64,000 nt of DNA from assembly GCA_013336275.1 (NCBI GenBank), contig JAAXUA010000001.1, positions 206,167 to 270,166 on the forward strand, in the 5' to 3' direction. Under the pieces are notes generated by a model. The model was not told the DNA's origin. It saw nothing but the letters and a program-made list of their open reading frames with translations, and did not search any database. Source of the DNA: Candidatus Falkowbacteria bacterium (GTDB lineage: Bacteria; Patescibacteriota; Patescibacteriia; Patescibacteriales; GWE2-39-37). Below are positions 27,395 to 36,105 of this stretch, piece after piece. Position numbers and translations under genes: made by a program. Position 1 is the stretch's first letter. The number at the start of each line of letters is the position of its first letter.

Positions 27395-29912
27395 GATAAG
27401 TTACAAGCCGCTGCCGAAATCGCAGCACGTCATCAACCTCAAAGACGAACTGGCTAAACGCCAGGATGCTTCTGCGAGCTCGAACTCCAACAAGCAGTGG
27501 AGCCGAGTCATGGCTAAGCCGGTGCAGATTTTTGACAGGCCGGCGGAACCGATCAAGTCAGAAGCCAGGCCAGCCAAAGAACGCAAGGTACCAAAGGAAC
27601 CCAAAGCAGAGAAGGCCATAAGGGAGCCGATAAAACTCGACCTCCGTCTTGAATTGAATTTGTGGCAGCACTTCTACAGTTTCTGCGTCATCCTAGGCAA
27701 ATCTATTTTCTCTATCGGCAAACTCTACTTCGCCCCAGTCTCTGCGGTCAAAAAAATATTCGCCGAAAAACCGAAGGCCGACCCGATCAAATCCGAGACA
27801 AGGGCAGACAAGAAAGAAACCAAGAAGCGGGTGAAAGTCGAACCGGCACCCGCCTTGCCCGCTCCAGCCCCTTCGCCGATCATCAGGATATCGCCCGTGC
27901 GCTCAGCTTTCGCTTTCACTGTCATCCTTCTGCTGCTCGCTGCTTTGCTCAAGGGCACGGTATTATTTGCTGCCGTCTCACAAGCTAAGGATAGGGTTGT
28001 ACGCAATGTGGCTGACAGCCTTTCAAGCCTGGCCGGCGCCAGCAAAGCCGCGGCTGACAAAGATTTTCTCAATGCTACTCGCTCGCTCTCCGAGGCCAAA
28101 CAAGGCTTCGTTGGGGCTCAACAGGAACTCTCATCCATCAATGACCTGCTTTTGAAGCTGGCCGGCGCAGCACCGAGCCCCGAACTCAAGCTGGCCGGCA
28201 ACAGCAAGGCTATACTCGCAGCTGCCGAGTCGGCATCGTCATTGGGGCAGAACCTGACCCAAGCCATCTCTTATTTCACCGCTGATTTTGCCAGCACGAC
28301 AGACCTCGCCGCCAAACTAGAAAATATCAATGTCCAAGCCAGGGCGGCGGCCGACAACTCACGTCTCTTAAACCAGGAACTGAACAGCATCGACATGCAA
28401 GCCATCCCCGACGGACTGCATAACCAATTCATTTTCATCCGCAATAAATCCAACGACCTCTACAAGAGCCTCGAGGAATTATCTAATCTTTCCGATGCCG
28501 CCAACCTTTTTCTCGGCCTCAACCAAGATCGCCGCTACCTCCTGATTTTTCAGAACAACGCCGAGGCCCGAGCGACCGGCGGCTTCTTCGGCAGCTTCGC
28601 CTTGATTGATTTCAGCAAAGGCAAAATCAAAAAAATCGAGACACCGGGCGGAGGCAGTTACGACACCGACGCTGGCCTGCGCGAACGCATCATCGCGCCA
28701 GAGCCGTTGCAGCTGGTCAACGCCCAGTGGCACTTCTGGGATTCTAACTGGTGGCCGGACTGGCCGACCTCGGCCAAGAAAATCGCCTGGTTCTATGAAA
28801 AATCAGCCGGCCCCTCGGTCGATGGCGTGATCAGCTTCACTCCGACCGTCATGGAGGAGCTCCTGCGAGCAGTAGGACCAATCGATATGACAGCGCAGTA
28901 CGGCGTCACCATCGATGCCGACAACTTTTGGGACGTGACCCAGGAATTTTCCGAACAAAAGCCGGACGTGACCAAGACGCCCAAGAAAATCATCGGCGAC
29001 CTGATGAACCAGCTCTTGGCCGAAATCCCAAAAAGGATGAACAAGGAGATCTCTCTCAAATTATTAGCATTAGCTGACAAGGAGCTGTCCGAACGGCAGA
29101 TCCTGCTTTATTTTTTCAATGACGAACTGGAGAACACGGTCCAGCGCTTCGGCTGGGATGGCCGGGTGAAGGCAACCAACTGGGATTACCTCTCCGTCAT
29201 CAATTCCAATATCGCCGGCGGCAAGAGCGATCGTCGCATCAGGCAGACTTTCACTCACAATGCTGTGCTGCAGCCCGATGGCACGATCATCGATGAAGTT
29301 AAGATCAAGCGCGAACACACTGCCGGCAACAGGGAACCTTTCGCCGGCGTCCGCAACGTCGACTGGATGCGTGTTTACGTACCGCACGGCAGCCAGCTTC
29401 TCGAGGCAACGGGATTCGAGACGCCATCGAGCACCTTCTTCGACAAGCCGGATGACACCTGGGAACACGACCCGAGTTTGGCTGCCGAAGAGCAAGCCCA
29501 GGTCGACCCCATGAGCGGCACCAAGATATATGACGAAGCAGGCAAGACGGTCTTTGCCAACTGGAGCATGATCGATCCGGGGCAGACCGAAGAAATCACC
29601 CTGCGCTACCGCCTGCCGTTCACTATCAAGAATGCAACAAAAGAACAAACCTGGCAGGACGAATTAGATAACTTCATGGGCTGGACTCAGGCCAATTATT
29701 ATCCCTATTCATTGCTGGTCCAGAAGCAGTCCGGCTCGCTTAACACCACCCTGATCAGCAAATTCGAGATACAGTCACCGACCGCAGGCCGGCCAAAGCT
29801 TAAGGTCGCACAGACCCAACCGAGATCGAGCGGTCAGACCACGATCGGCTGGAGCGGCGAGCAATCCCTCGACACTGATTATTACCAAGCAGCTTTTTTA
29901 ACTGATTATTAA
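27387..29912 (+). CDS. DUF4012 domain membrane protein (paralog of 9869..11881)
   Basis: 841 aa with NNAEARATGGFFGSFA and WHFWDSNWWPDWP. The Lys/Pro-rich N-terminal region has a duplicated (E/D)PIKSE(A/T)R motif flanking a hydrophobic segment. Confidence 0.75.
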   Translation: MPKISYKPLPKSQHVINLKDELAKRQDASASSNSNKQWSRVMAKPVQIFDRPAEPIKSEARPAKERKVPKEPKAEKAIREPIKLDLRLELNLWQHFYSFCVILGKSIFSIGKLYFAPVSAVKKIFAEKPKADPIKSETRADKKETKKRVKVEPAPALPAPAPSPIIRISPVRSAFAFTVILLLLAALLKGTVLFAAVSQAKDRVVRNVADSLSSLAGASKAAADKDFLNATRSLSEAKQGFVGAQQELSSINDLLLKLAGAAPSPELKLAGNSKAILAAAESASSLGQNLTQAISYFTADFASTTDLAAKLENINVQARAAADNSRLLNQELNSIDMQAIPDGLHNQFIFIRNKSNDLYKSLEELSNLSDAANLFLGLNQDRRYLLIFQNNAEARATGGFFGSFALIDFSKGKIKKIETPGGGSYDTDAGLRERIIAPEPLQLVNAQWHFWDSNWWPDWPTSAKKIAWFYEKSAGPSVDGVISFTPTVMEELLRAVGPIDMTAQYGVTIDADNFWDVTQEFSEQKPDVTKTPKKIIGDLMNQLLAEIPKRMNKEISLKLLALADKELSERQILLYFFNDELENTVQRFGWDGRVKATNWDYLSVINSNIAGGKSDRRIRQTFTHNAVLQPDGTIIDEVKIKREHTAGNREPFAGVRNVDWMRVYVPHGSQLLEATGFETPSSTFFDKPDDTWEHDPSLAAEEQAQVDPMSGTKIYDEAGKTVFANWSMIDPGQTEEITLRYRLPFTIKNATKEQTWQDELDNFMGWTQANYYPYSLLVQKQSGSLNTTLISKFEIQSPTAGRPKLKVAQTQPRSSGQTTIGWSGEQSLDTDYYQAAFLTDY

Positions 29913-29924
29913 ACAACGTTTGAA

Positions 29925-30000
29925 GCAAATCTTTTGAGAATTGATTTTATCGCGCATACGTACTCGTCTAAGCAGGAAAATTAATTCTCAAAAGATTTGC
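29925..30000. repeat. foldback element copy 1: 24-bp stem (one G.T) around a conserved 28-nt loop
   Basis: Arms gcaaatcttttgagaattgatttt / aaaattaattctcaaaagatttgc. Loop atcGCGCATACGTACTCGTCTAAGCAGG. The core is shared with 37560-37598. Confidence 0.75.
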
Positions 30001-30043
30001 CAGCGACCATTCCATAGAAGCAATTAAAAATCTCAAATACCAT

Positions 30044-32032
30044 ATGCCAAAACCAAAAAAGACAGGCAAGAACATCGCGCCAGCCGCCGCGGCTCCAGCC
30101 CCGGAGGCGAACGACGTCGTGCTTAAGAACGAGCAATCGGCAGTCAGCGAATTTGTCGAGCGCAACCTGCCGAACACCACCGAGACCGAAGAGTTCGAGG
30201 AGTTCGTCCAAAACGAAGTCCGCCAAAGCCAGATCGATGCCGGTCTTGAAGAGATCTACCACGACGAGGATGGCAATATGGTTGACGTTAAAACTATGGT
30301 TATGAAAAAAGGCCACGGCCTCATCTACCGCGGGTTCGTCACGCTCCTCACCCTGGCATTGATCGCCGGGGCCGGCTGGAGCGCTTACCGTTTCTACCTG
30401 ACCAAGCAAGTCGAGAACAACAGCTCGGTCAGCCTCTCCATCTCCGGCGATGCCGAAACGCTGCTCGGAGAAGAGAAGACCTATATCATCAGCTACAAGA
30501 ATCTCGACCAGGTCGACTTGAAGAATATCAACATCAAGGCGACATTGCCGGATAATTTCATCGTCACCGAGACTCAACCGCAAGCGGCCACCGGCACCAC
30601 CTGGCACATTGATCTCTTGGGCAGTAAACGCTCCGACCAAATCACCATCAAGGGGCGCATCGTCGGTGAAGTCGGACAGAGCGCCATTTTCCTGGCCACC
30701 ATGTCCTATCAGCCGGCCAATTTCTCCTCGGAGTTCAGCAAAGAAGCCAGCTTCAATTCAAAAATATCCGGGCTCGGCCTCGACCTCAATTTCGATTACC
30801 CATCCAATGTCTTAGTCGGCGAGACGAATGCAATCACCGTCAAATACAAAGCGCAGGACAAGTCGTTCGTGCCCAACTACCGCCTGAGTATCGAGCAGGC
30901 GGAAAACATCGAAATCATCGGGGCGGCCTCGAGCTCGGCTTCGACCACCTCGTGGCAGGTCGCCAGCACCACCAACCAAGAAAAATCCTTGGAAATCAAG
31001 TTCAAGTTCAAACAGAAGACGACAGACAAGCAGGAAATCAATCTGGTTTTCGAGTACACCAGCGATGGCCAGAAATATTTCACTTTCTTGAAAAAGCCGC
31101 TGCCCTTCAACGTCATTACCAAGAATTTGAACCTGAACCTCATCATCAACGGCTCACAGAACGACCAGGGCGTCGATTTCGGCCAGACTTTGAATTACAC
31201 CATCACCTACGCCAACAAGGGCGAGGCCGCCATGAAAGAAGTGGTCATCATGGCCAATCTTGAAAGCGACTTCCTCGATTGGCCGTCGCTCGCCGACAAA
31301 AACCAGGGCCAGGCCGGCAACCAACACATTACTTGGTCCAAGGACCAGATTCCAGCCTTGGCCGATCTGGCACCAGGCAACGAGGGTACGATCGACTTCT
31401 CGATTAAGGTCAAACCAGCCGGCGATATCGATCCAACCAAGAATTACCAGATCAAGAGCTACGCCCGCTTCCAGATCGGCGCTTCGACCTCGACCGACGC
31501 CACATCAACCGAGGAGACGAGCGACCGTAGCAACGCCATCACCAACAAGATCAATTCGGACCTTTCATTGAAGGAGGAAATCCGCTACTTCAATGACGAC
31601 AACATCGCTGTCGGCTCGGGCCCGATGCCGCCGAAAGTCGGCGAGGCCACAAGTTACCGCGTCTACTGGCACTTGTCCAATAACCTGAATGAGTTGAACG
31701 AACTGAAGATCACCACCAAGCTGCCGCCGTACGTCAAATGGGACAGCCGCAACCGCGCTGATGTCGGCGCAGTCAGCTACGACCAGGCGACAGGGAACAT
31801 TACCTGGCAGATCGGCCGCCTGCCTATCTCGGTCTACAAGGCCGAGGCCGAATTCAGCATCTCCATCCTCCCTACCGAAGAGGACAAGAACAAGATGCTG
31901 GTGTTGCTGCCTGGCTCGACGATCGAAGCCATCGACACCACCACCCAGACCCGCATCAACAAGACATCAAAAGCCAAAACCACAAAACTCGAAGACGACT
32001 CGGCCATTACTGACGATGGACGAGTACAATAA
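30044..32032 (+). CDS. membrane-anchored surface protein with DUF11-like (Ig-like) repeats
   Basis: 662 aa: a cytoplasmic N-terminus of about 95 aa, one TM, then repeats such as EKTYIISYKNLDQVDLKNINIKATLP and QTLNYTITYANKGEAAMKEVVIMANL. Confidence 0.5.
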   Translation: MPKPKKTGKNIAPAAAAPAPEANDVVLKNEQSAVSEFVERNLPNTTETEEFEEFVQNEVRQSQIDAGLEEIYHDEDGNMVDVKTMVMKKGHGLIYRGFVTLLTLALIAGAGWSAYRFYLTKQVENNSSVSLSISGDAETLLGEEKTYIISYKNLDQVDLKNINIKATLPDNFIVTETQPQAATGTTWHIDLLGSKRSDQITIKGRIVGEVGQSAIFLATMSYQPANFSSEFSKEASFNSKISGLGLDLNFDYPSNVLVGETNAITVKYKAQDKSFVPNYRLSIEQAENIEIIGAASSSASTTSWQVASTTNQEKSLEIKFKFKQKTTDKQEINLVFEYTSDGQKYFTFLKKPLPFNVITKNLNLNLIINGSQNDQGVDFGQTLNYTITYANKGEAAMKEVVIMANLESDFLDWPSLADKNQGQAGNQHITWSKDQIPALADLAPGNEGTIDFSIKVKPAGDIDPTKNYQIKSYARFQIGASTSTDATSTEETSDRSNAITNKINSDLSLKEEIRYFNDDNIAVGSGPMPPKVGEATSYRVYWHLSNNLNELNELKITTKLPPYVKWDSRNRADVGAVSYDQATGNITWQIGRLPISVYKAEAEFSISILPTEEDKNKMLVLLPGSTIEAIDTTTQTRINKTSKAKTTKLEDDSAITDDGRVQ

Positions 32033-32055
32033 AAATTTATAATTAACCTAAACTT

Positions 32056-32388
32056 ATGAAATTTGGAGAACCAAAATTAACTTCTGTGCCAGAGTCTGAA
32101 GAATTAAAAAAAGAAAGGGAAAGGGAAGGAAAAGGTGAATTTAAATTTTGGCGGCTGACACAACAGGAAAAAATGGCAATTATTTATTCCTACTCAGACT
32201 ATGGAAAAAGTGATGAATCTCTGAGCTTTTTAGCTGATGACAGCCTAATTGATGACGCTGTCATTTCTCAAACTGACATCAGTGAATTACAACAATTCGA
32301 CTTAGGCAGAATACTCGAAGGAGAAGCCGAAGAGGAAAGAAAAACAAAAATATTGGCCATTCTACATAGAATAAGACTAGAAAAATAA
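32056..32388 (+). CDS. hypothetical acidic protein (110 aa) in a low-GC islet
   Basis: ORF of about 35% GC (counted over the first 100 nt) against roughly 50-55% in the neighbours. No motif recognised. Confidence 0.45.
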   Translation: MKFGEPKLTSVPESEELKKEREREGKGEFKFWRLTQQEKMAIIYSYSDYGKSDESLSFLADDSLIDDAVISQTDISELQQFDLGRILEGEAEEERKTKILAILHRIRLEK

Positions 32389-32414
32389 AAAAATTGAAAA
32401 AATACCATTATCAT

Positions 32415-32666
32415 ATGGTTAGTAAAAAATTAGCTCTCGCGCAATTCATTGTCCTGCTCTTTGGTACTATCTTTGCTTGGACCAATCTTGGACTGGAAAC
32501 TTACAACTATCTCAACCAGAAACCGTGCCAGTTTTCTTGCACGGCGGGGCAGGTGGTCAATCCGGTCTTTACTCCGTGTTTTTATGGCGCACTCTTCTTC
32601 TTGACGGCTTTTGTTTTGAGCGCCATAATGCTAAATCAAAGCCGAAATGCTTTGACGAAGCAATAA
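32415..32666 (+). CDS. small 2-TM Cys-containing membrane protein (possible VKOR/DsbB-like fragment)
   Basis: Two hydrophobic helices flank a loop KPCQFSCTAG..., then TPCFYGALFF. I prefer ATG 32415 to TTG 32394. Confidence 0.4.
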   Translation: MVSKKLALAQFIVLLFGTIFAWTNLGLETYNYLNQKPCQFSCTAGQVVNPVFTPCFYGALFFLTAFVLSAIMLNQSRNALTKQ

Positions 32667-32668
32667 TC

Positions 32669-33799
32669 ATGAAACCATTCTCAGTCAATAAGACCTCCAA
32701 AAAATCCAAAGCACGCCTGGGTAAGTACAAAACTGCCCATGGAGCTTTAAATACGCCATTTTTCATGCCGGTGGCGACACAGGGCGTCTTGAAGCATGTT
32801 ACCACCGAGGAGGTCCGCCAGCTTGGCTCGCAGATCATCCTTTCCAATACTTACCACCTAATGCTCCGACCCGGCTCGGCACACGTCAAGAAGATGGGCG
32901 GCCTGCACGCCTTCGCCGACTGGCAAGGCAGCATCCTCACCGACTCAGGCGGGTTCCAAGTCTTTTCCTTAGCCGGCACCAAGAAGCGCACCGGAGAGGG
33001 GTTGGTAAAAATTACCGACAACGGCGTCGAGTTCCGCTCCTATGTCGACGGTTCGAAGCACTTGTTGACCCCAGAGCGCGCCTTGCGCATCCAGGCCGAG
33101 CTCGGCGTGGATATCGCCGTCTGTCTCGACCAGTGCGTCGCCTTGCCGGCCGACGAAAAGAAATTGAAGCACTCGGTCGAGATCACCACCAAGTGGGCCG
33201 AGCGCACAAAGAAAGAATTAAAGAAAATTAAAAATAAGCCACTAGTCCACGCCGTCATCCAAGGCGGCCTCGATATCGAATTGCGCAAGCAGAGTCTGAC
33301 CGAACTGGCCGCCCTCGACTTCGACGGTTACAACATCGGCGGTCTGGCCGTGGGCGAGACAAGCGAGCAGATGGACGACATGCTGGCCGAGCTGACGCCG
33401 CTTTTGCCAGCCGACAAGCCTCGCTATCTCATGGGTGTCGGCTACCCGGAGCAGATTGTCCACGCGGTCAAGCAGGGCATCGACATGTTTGATTGTGTTA
33501 TCCCGACCCGTGAAGGCCGCCACGGACGACTCTTTCAGTTCGCCAAAGGCAAGAGCCTTGCGAGCAAAAACTTTTACAGCACAATCAACATCACCAATAG
33601 TAAATTCGCGAGCGACAAGCACCCGATAAACCCCGATTCAAAAATCCCAGCGCTGCGCAAGTACACCCTCGGCTATCTGAATTATTTATACAAGATCAAC
33701 GAGCCGCTCGGCCTGCGCCTGGCCACGCTCAACAACGTCGAGTTTTATTTGAAGCTTATGGAAAGAATTCGACAAGATATCAAGCTTGGGGAGATATAA
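32669..33799 (+). CDS. tgt: queuine/preQ1 tRNA-ribosyltransferase
   Basis: Start at ATG 32669 (MKPFSV...). TPFFMPVATQG, LTDSGGFQ, YLMGVG and DMFDCVIPTR are present. The Zn-site residues are substituted (see findings). Confidence 0.92.
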   Translation: MKPFSVNKTSKKSKARLGKYKTAHGALNTPFFMPVATQGVLKHVTTEEVRQLGSQIILSNTYHLMLRPGSAHVKKMGGLHAFADWQGSILTDSGGFQVFSLAGTKKRTGEGLVKITDNGVEFRSYVDGSKHLLTPERALRIQAELGVDIAVCLDQCVALPADEKKLKHSVEITTKWAERTKKELKKIKNKPLVHAVIQGGLDIELRKQSLTELAALDFDGYNIGGLAVGETSEQMDDMLAELTPLLPADKPRYLMGVGYPEQIVHAVKQGIDMFDCVIPTREGRHGRLFQFAKGKSLASKNFYSTINITNSKFASDKHPINPDSKIPALRKYTLGYLNYLYKINEPLGLRLATLNNVEFYLKLMERIRQDIKLGEI

Positions 33800-33824
33800 A
33801 AAGGGCCCAGTTCAATCTGGGCCC
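33797..33824 (-). terminator. hairpin plus U-tract terminator for the minus-strand gene (convergent with tgt)
   Basis: gggcccag-ttcaat-ctgggccc. The A5 on the + strand gives a U5 for the minus-strand transcript. Confidence 0.55.
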
Positions 33825-33856
33825 CGAGATACTGACAATAGAAGTACCGTTGACAA

Positions 33857-34204
33857 TCACTGTTCCGCCAACTCGCACAACCTGTTTGCTCCTGCAAATG
33901 CAACGCGATAGAAGCAGCGAGACATGCCAGGAACACCAGACCAACATTTCTCGATAAGTCTGGAATCCTCTGCGAGTTGCATGTCAGAACCAGAAACTGA
34001 ACTTCTGGCTATGGCGTCGAATCCGCTTACACGGTTGCCGACTGATACTCTTTTTGCAGTTTGAATGAGCGCGATCACTGCTCGGTCGTTAGCAGCCATA
34101 ATTTGCTCCACCGTTTCTAGGGATATTTTTGCAACAGCACTAAGTGCAATCGCCGAAATTTCCCACTCCTCATACGGAACTCCACCTGATTTTTGGGGAA
34201 TCAT
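33857..34204 (-). CDS. hypothetical protein (115 aa) with a strong SD
   Basis: ccAGGAGGtgcttATG supports a start at 34204 (MIPQKSGGVPYEEW...). No motif recognised. Confidence 0.55.
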   Translation of the reverse strand: MIPQKSGGVPYEEWEISAIALSAVAKISLETVEQIMAANDRAVIALIQTAKRVSVGNRVSGFDAIARSSVSGSDMQLAEDSRLIEKCWSGVPGMSRCFYRVAFAGANRLCELAEQ

Positions 34205-34373
34205 AAGCACCTCCTGGTACGAATGGTTGGGTAATATCTGATTAAGCAAGTTATCATTAATTATTTACATAGTCAATAATCAAAGCCTGTAAGTCCTGTA
34301 TTTATCAACACCCGATATTTTTTCACAAAAAATACACCAGACTTATACCATTAAACACGCTGTTTATCGGGCT

Positions 34374-34402
34374 TTGCCTGGTTTGCCGAAAGTTGCTATA
34401 AT
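34374..34402 (+). promoter_or_regulatory. promoter TTGCCT-17-TGcTATAAT, 6 nt before ATG 34409 (leaderless)
   Basis: ttgcct(34374)...tgcTATAAT(34397-34402)atcaacATG. Confidence 0.55.
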
Positions 34403-34408
34403 ATCAAC

Positions 34409-35935
34409 ATGTCACAAAAAGAATTTTTAACATTCACGGAGTTCTTGCTAGAGAAAAATAATCTCGGCACGCTGCCTTTGAAAGCACCCGTTGCCAAGCA
34501 AGACGTCCTTCAGGAATTCACTCCAACCAAGCCAGTCACCAAGACATCCGTCCCACTTTCAGTGCCGACGGCTTTGTCGTTGTCCAACCTGAACCAGCCG
34601 ACCGAAAAGGCACCGACCTCCAAGCTTCAGGCCACCATCGGCAAGCCCAACGCCAAGACCGGCAAGGTTAAGGACTATTTCATTCCGCACGAAGGCAACG
34701 GCTACCACCCGCACGCTCTTCACCCGCAACGCTTGGCCTTTCACGCTACCTCGGCCGTAGTCATAAAAATCGTCACTCTTTTGATATTGGTAAGTTTCCC
34801 AGTCGAAGCCTGGCTCGCTCCGGAAGAACTGACTGCCCAGAACCAGCAGATCATCAAGTATACCAACCAGATTCGCCGCGAGTCCAACCTGAACGAACTC
34901 AAGGTCAGCCAGCGCCTGAATCAGGCTTCATATTTAAAAGCACAGGACATGCTGATCAAGCAGTACTTCGCCCACATCAGTCCAGATAAGGTCGGGTTAT
35001 CCAACTGGCTTGCCATGGCCGAATACCCCTACGCCGTTGCCGGCGAGAACTTGGCCATGGGTTTCACCAGTGCGGCCGACGTCATGCTCGGCTGGCGCCA
35101 GAGTCCGACCCACTATGCCAACCTAATCGATCCGGAGTTCAAAGAAATCGGAGTTTCCAGTGTCGCAGGCGCATACCAGGACACGGACACTACCTTTGTC
35201 GCCCAGTTTTTCGCCAAGCCTGATCCGGGCGTCATGGCGGCTGCCAAATCCACCACCCCTGAGGTCAAGGCCAAGAAGCTGATGGGCAAAGTCATCGTCG
35301 CCGCTGCCCGTCCAGAAACTTTCACTTCAGTCACTGCAAATATCGAACCGGTCGAACAGGTCCTCGGCATCAAAGCCACTGAAATCCCCTCAACACCAGT
35401 CGAACCGCAACTCACTCCTGATGGCCAACCGAGGGTCAGCCTATTTATCAATCAGCCTCAGACCGGCAAGCTGCTGATCCAAAGCGAAGCTTTTGTCCCG
35501 AAGGATACGACCAAGGCGCAAATCTCTGTCAAAGGGCGCACCATCGACCTGGAGCTGATTAATCCCAACTCCGGCCTCTGGGGCACCAACCAGCTGATCT
35601 ACACCGAGAAGCCTGACCCGGCCGAGGCGGTCGTACCGGCAGTTATCACTGTCTGGGACAAAGATGGCAACAAGACCAGCACTGACATTAACGCCAGCAA
35701 TCTCAAACCGACCGCAACAACTTACGTCAAGCAATACCAATACGCCAAGAGCCACCAGCCGGGTGTCACTTCATCCATCATTTCCTTTACCTCTTCCTAT
35801 TATCTGGTACTGCTTCTCCTGGCTATGGTCGCCCTGACTTTCAATATCTTCGTCGCTTTCAACAAACAGCACCCCCGCTTGATTGCCAGCACCATCGGCT
35901 TCATGAGCCTGATTGCCTTACTGATCCTGCTCTAA
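34409..35935 (+). CDS. CAP/SCP/PR1-like (YkwD-type) domain protein with TM segments
   Basis: 508 aa. CAP motifs: IRRESNLNELKVSQRLNQASYLKAQDM, GENLAMGF, WRQSPTHYANLIDPEFKEIGV. There is an internal TM and a C-terminal TM. Confidence 0.78.
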   Translation: MSQKEFLTFTEFLLEKNNLGTLPLKAPVAKQDVLQEFTPTKPVTKTSVPLSVPTALSLSNLNQPTEKAPTSKLQATIGKPNAKTGKVKDYFIPHEGNGYHPHALHPQRLAFHATSAVVIKIVTLLILVSFPVEAWLAPEELTAQNQQIIKYTNQIRRESNLNELKVSQRLNQASYLKAQDMLIKQYFAHISPDKVGLSNWLAMAEYPYAVAGENLAMGFTSAADVMLGWRQSPTHYANLIDPEFKEIGVSSVAGAYQDTDTTFVAQFFAKPDPGVMAAAKSTTPEVKAKKLMGKVIVAAARPETFTSVTANIEPVEQVLGIKATEIPSTPVEPQLTPDGQPRVSLFINQPQTGKLLIQSEAFVPKDTTKAQISVKGRTIDLELINPNSGLWGTNQLIYTEKPDPAEAVVPAVITVWDKDGNKTSTDINASNLKPTATTYVKQYQYAKSHQPGVTSSIISFTSSYYLVLLLLAMVALTFNIFVAFNKQHPRLIASTIGFMSLIALLILL

Positions 35936-35953
35936 ATTTCCCAACAAAAAAGC

Positions 35954-35979
35954 AAGCGGCCTTTACGGGCCGCTTTTTT
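35954..35979 (+). terminator. rho-independent terminator (bidirectional shape)
   Basis: aagcggcc-tttacg-ggccgctt followed by tttt, with an A-run upstream. Confidence 0.8.
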
Positions 35980-35983
35980 ATCC

Positions 35984-36017
35984 AAAAAAAATGGGGTGCA
36001 GCTGGTGACTGCACCCC
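35984..36017 (-). terminator. minus-strand terminator-like hairpin with a U8 tract
   Basis: ggggtgcag-ctggtga-ctgcacccc, preceded on the + strand by A8 (U8 after the hairpin on the minus strand). Confidence 0.45.
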
Positions 36018-36105
36018 CAAGGAGGGCTGTTGCTTCGGCACTTGAAGGAGCGACGTATTCAAAGCAACGGCGTTCTACGCTGCTATTATGACATTATACT
36101 TACAT

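Noticed and set aside
29949-29976. The foldback loop core TGCGCATAC resembles the XerC arm of E. coli dif (GGTGCGCATAA).
   Set aside because: Only about 8 nt match. There is no corresponding second arm or central-region symmetry. At this length, chance similarity is likely. It is kept only as a hint for a binding test.
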